Shown here in pieces: positions 47,027 through 55,322 of a DNA stretch of 64,000 nucleotides. Position 1 is the first letter of the stretch. Every line of letters starts with the position of its first letter. This DNA is from Candidatus Eiseniibacteriota bacterium (GTDB taxonomy: Bacteria > Eisenbacteria > RBG-16-71-46). Under the pieces are notes generated by a model. That model searched no databases. It saw nothing but the letters and a program-made list of their open reading frames with translations, and was not told the origin of the DNA. The stretch spans positions 16,670 through 80,669 of the forward strand of contig JAWOLC010000016.1 in the NCBI GenBank assembly GCA_033853925.1, read 5' to 3'. The position numbers were made by a program, and so were the translations under genes.

Positions 47027-48968
47027 TCCCGTGTGGCGGGCGCGGACCGGGGGCGACCTGGATCCCCGCGCGCGCGCGCTCAACGATTCCCTCCCCGTGG
47101 ACCGGCGGCTGTGGCCCGAGGAGATCGAGCTGTCGCGCGCCTATGCCCAGGCGATCGCCGAGGCCGGGGTGCTCGCGCCCGCGGAGCTGATCGCCCTCCT
47201 GGCCGCCCTCGACGGTCTGGAGGAGGATCTCGCCGCGGACCGCACGACCCTCGAGGGCGAGGACGTCCATTCGGCCATCGAGGCCGCGCTGGCCGCACGC
47301 TGCGGGGCGCCGGCCCGGCGTCTGCACACGGGTCGTAGCCGCAACGACCAGGTGGCGACGCTGCTCCGCCTGCGCGTGGGGACGCTGTGCCGCGAGGCGG
47401 TCGAGGGCGTGCGCGCCCTGGAGCGCGCCCTCGTCGCCCAGGCGCGCGCGGCCGGCGATCGGGTGGTGGCCGCCCAGACTCACCTGCAGCCCGCCCAGGC
47501 GGTGCGGCTCGCCCACTGGTGGCTCGCTCCCGTCGCCGCGCTCGAGCGCGACGAGGTGCGGCTGCTGGCGGCGCGGGAGGCGGCGGACCTGATGCCGCTC
47601 GGAGCGGGCGCGCTGGCCGGCACGCCGCTCCGCTACGACCGCCTCGCGCTGGCCGAGCGTCTCGGCTTCACGCGCCTGGCGAGCAACAGCCTGGATGCCG
47701 TGGGGGACCGCGACTTCGCTCAGGAGTATCTGAGCGCCGCGGCGCTGCTCGGCGTCCACCTCTCGCGCCTCGCCGAGGACCTCGTGCTGGCTTGCTCCCC
47801 GGGCTTCGGGTGGTTCCGGCCCCCCGCCGCCTTCTCGACCGGCTCGAGCCTGCTTCCGCAGAAGCGCAATCCCGACGTGTTCGAGCTGGCCCGCGGCAAG
47901 GCCGGGCGGCTGATCGCCAACGCCCAGCGCCTGGCCGTCGTGCTCAAGGGCCTGCCGTCCGCGTACCAGAAGGACCTGCAGGAGGACAAGGAAGCGGTCT
48001 TCGACACCGCCGACACGCTCGCTCTCCTCCTCGCCGCGCTGCCGCCGGCCATCGCCGCGCTCGAGTGCGAGGACGCGAGGCTCCGAGAGGGTCTGACGCC
48101 GGACCTGCTCGCCGTCGAGCTGGCGGATTCGCTGGTCGCGGCGGGGACGCCCTTCCGGGATGCCCATGCCGCGGTCGGCCGGCTGTGGGCGGAGGCCGAG
48201 CGAGCGCGGGTGGAGCCCGGCGCGCTTCCCGAGTCCGCGCGGCTGGCCATCTCCCCGCACTTCACCGACGCCCGGCTCGCGTCGCTCTCGTTCGAGGCCG
48301 CGCTCGCGCGGCGCGATCACCCGCCCGGCACGGGCGCAGCCTCGGTGGCGGACCAGATCGCCCGGCACGAAGCCCGCCTGGGCCTGAACGACGGCGACCC
48401 CGAGGACGCGGCGCTCCCCGTGCCGCGGCCGGCCGGCCGCCGGGCGCCCGGGCTCCTGCCTGCGGGGCAGCCTCTCCGGGAGCCGCGGCCCGCCCCGCCG
48501 TCGGGACTGGCTCTGCGGCGCGCGGCCCCGGCCGACGTCCACGGCATCGGCCGGCTGATGAGCGCCTACGTGATCGAGGGCACTCTGCTTCCGCGCCCCA
48601 TGAGCGAGCTGTTCCGCTCCTTCCGCGAGTTCCACGTGGCGACGCAGGACGGCGAGGTCGTGGGCTGCGCGGCGCTGCGCCTCCTCTGGGACGACCTCGG
48701 CGAGGTGCGCACCCTCGCCGTGCGGCCCGACCACCACGGCAACGGACTGGGCGCGGGGCTCGTGGAGCGCGTGGTGGACGATGCGCGCGCCCTGGGTCTG
48801 GCGCGCGTGATCGCGCTCACGCGCGAGGTGCCCTTCTTCGAGCGCTGCGGCTTCACCGTGGCGGATCGCGACTCCCTGCCGCGCAAGGTCTGGGCGGACT
48901 GCATCCGCTGCCCGCGGCGTCACGCGTGCGACGAGGTCGCCGTCGTGCGGGAGCTGGAGCCCCGATGA
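47016..48968 (+). CDS. argH: Argininosuccinate lyase fused to a C-terminal GNAT (ArgA-like N-acetylglutamate synthase) domain
   Basis: LHTGRSRNDQ, STGSSLLPQKRNPD, YQKDLQEDK; Pro-rich linker; GNAT LLPR...CAAL...GEVRTLAV...HGNGLG...PRKVWADC..CP...CDE. Confidence 0.93.
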   Translation: MPTDPVWRARTGGDLDPRARALNDSLPVDRRLWPEEIELSRAYAQAIAEAGVLAPAELIALLAALDGLEEDLAADRTTLEGEDVHSAIEAALAARCGAPARRLHTGRSRNDQVATLLRLRVGTLCREAVEGVRALERALVAQARAAGDRVVAAQTHLQPAQAVRLAHWWLAPVAALERDEVRLLAAREAADLMPLGAGALAGTPLRYDRLALAERLGFTRLASNSLDAVGDRDFAQEYLSAAALLGVHLSRLAEDLVLACSPGFGWFRPPAAFSTGSSLLPQKRNPDVFELARGKAGRLIANAQRLAVVLKGLPSAYQKDLQEDKEAVFDTADTLALLLAALPPAIAALECEDARLREGLTPDLLAVELADSLVAAGTPFRDAHAAVGRLWAEAERARVEPGALPESARLAISPHFTDARLASLSFEAALARRDHPPGTGAASVADQIARHEARLGLNDGDPEDAALPVPRPAGRRAPGLLPAGQPLREPRPAPPSGLALRRAAPADVHGIGRLMSAYVIEGTLLPRPMSELFRSFREFHVATQDGEVVGCAALRLLWDDLGEVRTLAVRPDHHGNGLGAGLVERVVDDARALGLARVIALTREVPFFERCGFTVADRDSLPRKVWADCIRCPRRHACDEVAVVRELEPR

Positions 48969-50197
48969 GGCCCGAGCACCCGACCTGCCCGGCGGACCCG
49001 CTCTCGGGCTTCCGGCTCGCGCCGGGCTTCCGCGCCGGGGCGGCGGCCTGCGGACTCAAGGCGAGCGGGGCCCTCGACATCGCCCTCGTGGCTTCTCAGA
49101 GCCCCGCCTCCGCCGCCGCCGTGTTCACCACGAATCGCTTCCCCGCGGCGCCCGTCCTCTACGACCGGGCGGTCCTCGCCCGCGATCCCGCCGGGCTCCG
49201 CGCCCTCGTCGCGAACGCGGGGTGCGCGAACGCCTGCACGGGTCCGGGCGGCCTCGTGGACGCGCGGCGCATGGCCTCCCTGGCCGCGGAGTCCGTGGGC
49301 TGTCCCGAGGAGGGCGTGCTCGTGCTCTCGACGGGCGTCATCGGCGTGCCGCTGGACATGGGGAAGGTGGCGCGCGGAGTTCGCGCGGCCGCGGCCCGGC
49401 TCGGCGAGGACGCGGCGGAGGCGGCCCGGGCGGTGCTGACCACGGACACGCGACCCAAGGTCGCGGCTGGCGAGGTCGCGCTCGCGGGCGGGCCCGTCGT
49501 GGTGCGCGGCTTCGCCAAGGGCGCGGGCATGATCCACCCCCACATGGCCACCATGCTCGCCGTGCTCACCACGGACGCGGCGGCGGCGCCCGGGCGGTTG
49601 CGGCGCGCCCTTCGCGCGGCCGTCGCGGCCAGCTTCAACCGCATCAGCGTGGACGGCGACATGAGCACCAACGACACCGTGCTGCTCCTGGCCTCGGGAG
49701 CTTCGGGCGTCGAGGTGCAGGCCGGCGACGAGCCCGCCTTCGTCGCGGCGCTCACCGCCACCTGCGCCTCGCTCGCGCGGCAGATCGCCAGGGACGGCGA
49801 AGGCGCCACGCGGCTGGTCGAGATCACCGTGAGAGGAGCCGCCGACGCCCGGCAGGCCCACGCCGTGGCCGACGCCGTCGCCCGCTCCAGCCTGGTGAAG
49901 ACCGCGGTGCACGGCGGCGATCCCAACTGGGGACGCATCCTCGCGGCCGCCGGCCGGAGCGGCGCGGCCCTGGAGCCGCAGCGGGTCGGGCTCAGCTTCG
50001 GCCCCCCGGAGCGCGAGGTGCCGGTGGTCGCCCGCGGCCAGCGCGCGGACTACGACGAGCGGGAGGCCGCCGCGCTCCTGCGCCTGGATCCCGTGCACAT
50101 CACCCTCGACCTGGGCCTCGGCGAAGGGCGCTCCACGGTGTGGACCTGCGACCTGAGCGCGGAGTACGTGGCCATCAACGCGCACTACACCACGTAG
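48965..50197 (+). CDS. argJ: Ornithine acetyltransferase
   Basis: AVFTTN, NAGCANACTG, STGVIG, TTDT, KGAGMIHPHMATML, STNDT, DGEGAT, GDPNWGR, TCDLS. Confidence 0.97.
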   Translation: MRPEHPTCPADPLSGFRLAPGFRAGAAACGLKASGALDIALVASQSPASAAAVFTTNRFPAAPVLYDRAVLARDPAGLRALVANAGCANACTGPGGLVDARRMASLAAESVGCPEEGVLVLSTGVIGVPLDMGKVARGVRAAAARLGEDAAEAARAVLTTDTRPKVAAGEVALAGGPVVVRGFAKGAGMIHPHMATMLAVLTTDAAAAPGRLRRALRAAVAASFNRISVDGDMSTNDTVLLLASGASGVEVQAGDEPAFVAALTATCASLARQIARDGEGATRLVEITVRGAADARQAHAVADAVARSSLVKTAVHGGDPNWGRILAAAGRSGAALEPQRVGLSFGPPEREVPVVARGQRADYDEREAAALLRLDPVHITLDLGLGEGRSTVWTCDLSAEYVAINAHYTT

Positions 50198-50261
50198 TCC
50201 GGCGCCGGCGCGCCCGATCGCGCCGGCCCGGCGCCGCGAGACGCTCCCCCGCTTCCCCTCC

Positions 50262-50293
50262 GCCACTCACCGGCGCGCCGCCGCCATTCGCCG
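50262..50293 (+). promoter_or_regulatory. Candidate LytTR-binding direct repeats
   Basis: GCCACTCACCG (50262) and GCCATTCGCCG (50283): 9 of 11 identical, 21-bp period, upstream of an operon encoding a LytTR regulator. Confidence 0.45.
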
Positions 50294-50370
50294 AAAAGTG
50301 CGCGCCCGGGCGGCGCTCCTTCCGTAGGTTCCTCGTGGAGGCCGACGAAAGGGCCGGAAGGAGGACGGCG

Positions 50371-50754
50371 ATGGAATCGAGCGGGCGAACCGAGATCGTG
50401 AAGAGGGCCGTGCACAGGGAGCGGCTCGTCTGGGGACTCTTCCTGATCGCTCTGGGAGCCCTGCTGCTCCTGGATCGCTTCGGGCCCTGGAGCCTGCCCG
50501 GCCTCGGACAGCTCTGGCCCGTCCTGTTCTTCGCCTTCGCCCTGGCCCGCTTGCTGGACGGCCGGCCCGGAGGCGCCCTGACCCTGGCGGGTCTGGGGAC
50601 GTGGTTCCTGGCGGTCGAGTTCCACTGGTACGGCCTCACCTGGGGGAACTCGTGGCCCCTGTCGCTGGTCGCGGTGGGGCTGGGTATCGTCGTGCGTGCG
50701 CTCACGGGCGAGGATCGCCGGCGGCTGCGCCGGCTGGGGGTGAAGCTTGACTGA
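50371..50754 (+). CDS. LiaI/LiaF-like membrane protein (DUF5668-like)
   Basis: GLFLIALGALLLL...LWPV..., WGNSWPLSLVAVG. AAGGAGG RBS. Confidence 0.7.
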   Translation: MESSGRTEIVKRAVHRERLVWGLFLIALGALLLLDRFGPWSLPGLGQLWPVLFFAFALARLLDGRPGGALTLAGLGTWFLAVEFHWYGLTWGNSWPLSLVAVGLGIVVRALTGEDRRRLRRLGVKLD

Positions 50755-51037
50755 GCCGATCGGAATGCGCGAGCGTCAGGCGTGGATCGTGGTCACCGCG
50801 GTGCTGTCGACCGCGCTGGCCTGGCTGGCCGCCCTGAGCCTGGCCCTGGTGTGGAGCGCGTACGTGGAGCGGGCCCCGGAACTGGTGGTGGTCATGCGCG
50901 CCCTGGGGCACGCCTTGCTGCAGGTGGGCCGGATCGGCGCGCCGGCGGCGGGAGCCGCGGGCGTCGCGTCCGCCCTCCTGCTGGCGGCCGCGCTGCCGCA
51001 CCGGGCCGGCGTCGCGAGGAGTGAGCGTCATGGCTGA
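50747..51037 (+). CDS. Small membrane protein
   Basis: Two hydrophobic segments; coupled between neighbouring genes. Start TTG 50747 or ATG 50765. Confidence 0.6.
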   Translation: MTEPIGMRERQAWIVVTAVLSTALAWLAALSLALVWSAYVERAPELVVVMRALGHALLQVGRIGAPAAGAAGVASALLLAAALPHRAGVARSERHG

Positions 51038-51809
51038 AGATTCTCCGCTCGACAGCGCCCGGCAGGAAGCGGGGCGCACCGTGTGTGGGGCCCAGTGCCG
51101 CCCGCGCTCGCTGCCCCCGGTCGGACGGGTCGTGGTCGGCCTCCTCATCGTCACGCTCGGCGTCCTCTTCACCCTCGACAACCTGGGAGTCGTGAGCGCC
51201 GGCGAGATCCTGCGCTGGTGGCCGGCGGTGCTGCTGCTCTACGGGCTCGCGAAGCTGACCGGCACCTGCTGCCGACGGGGACTGGTCGCCGGGACCATCT
51301 TCACGACCGCGGGCGCCGTGCTCCTGGCCCACGAGGCGGGATGGATCTCGGCCGACCCCTGGGACTTCTGGCCCGTGATCCTCGTCGTCATCGGCGGCTC
51401 CATGGTGGCCCGGTCGTGGCGGTCCGGCCGACAGCAGCAGACGGGCCCGCCGCCGGCGCCGGGGTCCGGCGAGCCCTCGTCCGCCATCCACACCTTCGCC
51501 CTCTTGTCGGGGGTCGAGCGGAAGGTCCTCTCGCAGGACTTCCGGGGCGGCGAGGTGACGGCCATCATGGGCGGACAGGATCTGGATCTGCGCGGCGCCC
51601 GGCTCGCCGACGGCGCCGCGTCCATCGATCTGTTCGTGCTCTGGGGCGGCGTGGACCTGCACGTGCCCGAGGGCTGGAAGGTGACGGTCGAGGCGACCAC
51701 GCTGCTGGGCGGCTTCGAGGACGCGACGCGCTCTCCGGTCGGCGAGGAGCGCGGACATCTGATCCTCAAGGGCCTGGTCCTGATGGGTGGGGTCGAGGTC
51801 AAGAACTGA
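51030..51809 (+). CDS. LiaF-like cell-wall stress membrane protein (TM region + C-terminal beta-helix domain)
   Basis: WWP/FWP TM repeats; FRGGEVTAIMGG, LDLRGA, LWGGVDLHVP, LMGGVEVKN. Confidence 0.82.
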   Translation: MAEDSPLDSARQEAGRTVCGAQCRPRSLPPVGRVVVGLLIVTLGVLFTLDNLGVVSAGEILRWWPAVLLLYGLAKLTGTCCRRGLVAGTIFTTAGAVLLAHEAGWISADPWDFWPVILVVIGGSMVARSWRSGRQQQTGPPPAPGSGEPSSAIHTFALLSGVERKVLSQDFRGGEVTAIMGGQDLDLRGARLADGAASIDLFVLWGGVDLHVPEGWKVTVEATTLLGGFEDATRSPVGEERGHLILKGLVLMGGVEVKN

Positions 51810-52891
51810 TGCATCCCTTCTTCCGCAGCCGCCAGCGGCTCGGGCTCTATCTGTTGAGCTGGCTCGCCGTCGTCGCCGTCCTGGCAGCCTTCGTCGGCGG
51901 GCTGCAGAGGCGCTCGGCCGAGTCCACCCTGGCCTTCGTCGTTCCTCTCGCGCTCGTCTACGCCTTCATCTGCCTCTCGGCCTGGTGGGTCTGCCGGGCG
52001 AACCCGCTCGAGCGCACGCCGCGGCTGCGGCTGTTCGGCGCCCTGGGCGCGGCCTCGATCCAGGCGAGCCTCTCGTGGGTCGCGATCGGCGCCGTCTGGG
52101 ACCTGTTCCTCACCAAGCGCCTCCATCTCGACCCCGGGCGCGAAGGCCTCCCCGCGGACCTCGTCTTCCTCTGGGTGGCGGGCAACCTGCTCTATGCCCA
52201 GTCGCTGGTGATCCACTACTTCATGCTCGCGCAGGAGAACGCGCGCGAAGCGGAGCGCCGGCTGCTGGCGACCCAGGTCACCGCGCGCGAGGCGGAGCTG
52301 CGGGCGCTGCGGGCCCAGCTCCATCCCCACTTCCTCTTCAACAGCCTCAACTCGATCAGCGCCCTGGTGGGGCAGGACCCCGAGGCCGCGCGGCGCATGT
52401 GCGGCCTGCTGGGCGACTTCCTGCGCACCAGCCTGGCCCTGGGCGGGCGGGAGCGTGTGGCCCTGGAGGAAGAGCTGGCCCTGGCCGATCGCTACCTCGC
52501 CATCGAGCAGGTGCGCTTCGGCGGGCGGCTGGCGGTGGAGCGGGCGGTCGAGCCCGCGGCGCTCCCCTGCCTCGTGCCTCCGCTCCTCATCCAGCCGCTC
52601 GTCGAGAACGCCGTGAAGCACGGAGTCGCGGACCGCACGGAGGGCGGGACGATCCGCATCGAGGCCCGCCGCCACGGCGCGACGCTGGAGATCGCGGTCG
52701 AGAACCCGCGCGACCCCGAGGCGCCGCCGCGGCGCGGCAGCGGGCTGGGGCTGGAGAACGTGCGCCAGCGGCTGGCCGCGCTCGATCCGCGGCGCGCCGG
52801 GCTGGACGTGGCCCAGGAGCCGGGGCGCTTCCGCGTGCGTCTGAGCCTGCCCGCCCTCGACGGCGCCCGTGCCCCCGCGAGGTCCGCATGA
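51809..52891 (+). CDS. LytS/YehU-type sensor histidine kinase
   Basis: LRAQLHPHFLFNSLN, IEQVRFG, QPLVENAVKHG, GLGLENV. Confidence 0.95.
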   Translation: MHPFFRSRQRLGLYLLSWLAVVAVLAAFVGGLQRRSAESTLAFVVPLALVYAFICLSAWWVCRANPLERTPRLRLFGALGAASIQASLSWVAIGAVWDLFLTKRLHLDPGREGLPADLVFLWVAGNLLYAQSLVIHYFMLAQENAREAERRLLATQVTAREAELRALRAQLHPHFLFNSLNSISALVGQDPEAARRMCGLLGDFLRTSLALGGRERVALEEELALADRYLAIEQVRFGGRLAVERAVEPAALPCLVPPLLIQPLVENAVKHGVADRTEGGTIRIEARRHGATLEIAVENPRDPEAPPRRGSGLGLENVRQRLAALDPRRAGLDVAQEPGRFRVRLSLPALDGARAPARSA

Positions 52892-53646
52892 GCGCCGCGG
52901 GCCGCACCCTGCGGGCCGTGATCGTGGACGACGAGGCCCCCGCCCGCTCCTTGCTCCGCGAGTACCTCGCCGCCCACTCGGAGGTCGAGATCCTGGCCGA
53001 GTGCGTGAACGGCTTCGAGGCGGTCAAGGTCATCTCCGAGCAGACACCGGACCTCGTCTTCCTCGACGTGCAGATGCCCAAGCTCGACGGCTTCGAGGTG
53101 CTCGAGCTGCTGGAGAAGCCGCCGGCCGTGGTGTTCGTCACCGCCTACGACGAGTACGCGCTCCGCGCCTTCGAGGTGCATGCCGTGGACTACGTGCTCA
53201 AGCCCGTGGCGCGCGAGCGGCTGGACGAGGCCCTGGCCCAGGTGCGCGCCCGCCTCGGCGGCGAGGCGCGGCCCGCGCCCTCCCCCGCCGCGCTGGCCGC
53301 GGCGGCGCGGCCGCCCGGGCAGTTCCTCGAGCGCCTGCTCGTCCGCGACGGCGCGAAGGTGCACGTCATCCCGGTGGAGCGCGTGGATTGGATCGAGGCG
53401 CAGGACGACTACGTGGCGATCCACGCGGCGGGCCGGTCCCATCTCAAGCCGCAGACCCTCGCCGAGCTGGCCGCCGGTCTCGATCCTGCGCGCTTCGTGC
53501 GCATCCACCGTTCCTACCTGCTCAATGTGGAGCGTCTGGCGCGGCTCGAGCGCTACGCGAAGGACAGCCACGTCGCGATCCTGACCGACGGCAAGCAGCT
53601 CCCCGTGAGCCGCGCGGGCTTCGCGCGGCTCAAGGAGTTGTCATGA
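52888..53646 (+). CDS. LytTR-family response regulator
   Basis: IVDDE, FLDVQMP, FVTAY, DYVLKP; LytTR FVRIHRSYLLN, PVSR. Confidence 0.96.
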   Translation: MSAAGRTLRAVIVDDEAPARSLLREYLAAHSEVEILAECVNGFEAVKVISEQTPDLVFLDVQMPKLDGFEVLELLEKPPAVVFVTAYDEYALRAFEVHAVDYVLKPVARERLDEALAQVRARLGGEARPAPSPAALAAAARPPGQFLERLLVRDGAKVHVIPVERVDWIEAQDDYVAIHAAGRSHLKPQTLAELAAGLDPARFVRIHRSYLLNVERLARLERYAKDSHVAILTDGKQLPVSRAGFARLKELS

Positions 53647-53752
53647 TTGCGCCGTCGTTCTCCCGCTCCTGATCGGTCGGTGGTAGGTTCGCTCTCGCGG
53701 TCGTGCCGGCCTGGACTCCCCGCGGGCCGCGCGCTCCCCGACGAGGCGGACG

Positions 53753-54229
53753 GTGCGGCGGATCCCGATCGCGGCGGGCGCTCCCGCGCCCGATTTCGAG
53801 CTGGAGAGCCAGACGGGCGAGCTCCTGCGCCTGGCTGCCGGGCGCGGGTCCGGCAGCCTGGTGCTCTACTTCATGCGGGCGTTCACCTGAGCGGTGTGCA
53901 TGCTCCACGCTGTCCAGTTGGGACAGGCAGCCAGTCGATTCGGTGAGCGCGGCGTGCGGTTCCTCGTCCTCGGCCCGGGCGGGCCGGCGCGGGCGCGGTG
54001 GCTCGCCCGCCTCGTGCGCGCCCCGTTCCCCGTGCTCGCCGACCCGGAGCGCGAGGCGTTCCTCGCCTACGGGTACGCGCGGCGGATCGTCTCCCCGATC
54101 CAGCAGAGCGGCACCGTGCTCGTGGATCCGGGGGGCGTGGTGCGCTACGTGCGCCGGGCCACGAACCCGCTCGGCGCTCTCGACCTGCCCGAGCTGGAGC
54201 GGGCGATCGCGGCCCTGCCGAAGGACTGA
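53753..54229 (+). CDS. AhpC/TSA-type redoxin selenoprotein (UxxC), UGA at 53888-53890 recoded
   Basis: GAGG + GTG 53753. GAPAPDFELESQTG...LVLYFMRAFT-UGA-AVC, then ORF 53894..54229 in the same frame (PFPVLADPE, GTVLVDPGGVVRY). The UGA sits at the first redox position of the thioredoxin fold. Confidence 0.82.
53888..53927 (+). promoter_or_regulatory. Putative bacterial SECIS element
   Basis: Perfect stem CTGTCC/GGACAG (53910-53926) with apical loop AGTTG starting 25 nt after the UGA. Confidence 0.6.
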
Positions 54230-54290
54230 GCGGAGCCGGGCCGAGGCGGACGATGGCCAGGCGCCGGAGGGAGGGGAGCGGTCGTGGGGC

Positions 54291-54385
54291 CCCGCGATCC
54301 TGGTGAACCGCGCGCCCGTGCTCGCGCTCTGGGCCGCCGTGGTGGCCGAGCGCCTGGGACACGAGCGCGAGGCGGCGCTCACGCT
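54291..54385 (+). pseudogene. Fragment of a conserved hypothetical protein
   Basis: ILVNRAPVLALWAAVVAERLGHEREAALTL is protein-like and recalls a family I remember starting INRAPVLTLWAAVVAERLG. No in-frame start, and the sequence degenerates afterwards. Confidence 0.35.
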
Positions 54386-54621
54386 GGTCCGCGCCCGCGA
54401 CGAAGCGCAGATCGTGCAGAGCGAACGCCGGCCCCGGCCCGAGCCCGATCGCCGTGACTTCGCCCGCCGACGAGAACTGGCGCGCGAAGAGCCCGAAGCG
54501 CTGGCAGCCCGGACCTGCCGGCGCCGCTGTCTCGATCCCCGGGGCAGGTGCTGGCCGAATGGGGTAAGGTGGCGTCGCTGTGCGACCTGGCCCGGCCGCC
54601 CCCTTTCGCTCCGAGGTGAGC

Positions 54622-55224
54622 ATGCGATTCCCACTGGTTGCGATCACTCTGGCCTCGCTCCTGTGCTGCGCGAGCCGGGCGACGGCCCTGGGCCGCGGAG
54701 AGCTGCTGCTCCAAGTCGACGGCGGTGCGGGCTTCGGCGTGGTGAACCAGCGCTACGCCCAGATGCAGCACACCTCGGGCACGCTCGGCGTCGGAGCGAG
54801 CCTGCGGATCAAGCCCGGCCTGCGCGCCCGACTGGAGGCGAACTACTTCTACTTCTGGCGCTCCCAGCCGGATGTCGCCACGGCGGAGCACGTCCGCTGG
54901 GATCCTTCGCACGTGAGCATGGCGCTGGCGGGCATCGAGCTGGTGTCGCCCGCCCCCAGCCAGGCGGCGCCCTTCACCGCCGTGGAGGTCGGAGTCGCGC
55001 AGGTGGCGATCGGCGATGCCCACGGCACCGCGCTGAACGGCCTCCCTTTCACGACTCCGGGTGACCGTCTGACCCGCCCGGCCATCTCGGTTCTCGCGGG
55101 CGTGCGCACGCGCCCCGTGGGCAAGCGCGGTCCGAGCCTCCTCGTGCAGCTCGGGTACGTGTTCATCGCCGTGCCCGGCAATCACGCGGCGATCGTGCCC
55201 CTCACGCTGGGAGCGGCGTTCTAG
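54622..55224 (+). CDS. Small outer-membrane beta-barrel protein
   Basis: Signal peptide, about 8 amphipathic strands, terminal Phe (LTLGAAF). Confidence 0.7.
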   Translation: MRFPLVAITLASLLCCASRATALGRGELLLQVDGGAGFGVVNQRYAQMQHTSGTLGVGASLRIKPGLRARLEANYFYFWRSQPDVATAEHVRWDPSHVSMALAGIELVSPAPSQAAPFTAVEVGVAQVAIGDAHGTALNGLPFTTPGDRLTRPAISVLAGVRTRPVGKRGPSLLVQLGYVFIAVPGNHAAIVPLTLGAAF

Positions 55225-55322
55225 CGGAGCCGGGAGCGGCGAGCCGCGCACGCTCGCCGCCGGGAAGAGCGCGCTCGGGCTCGTGCGCCGGTGCCGGCGG
55301 GCCGCTGTGCTATCCTCCGTTC

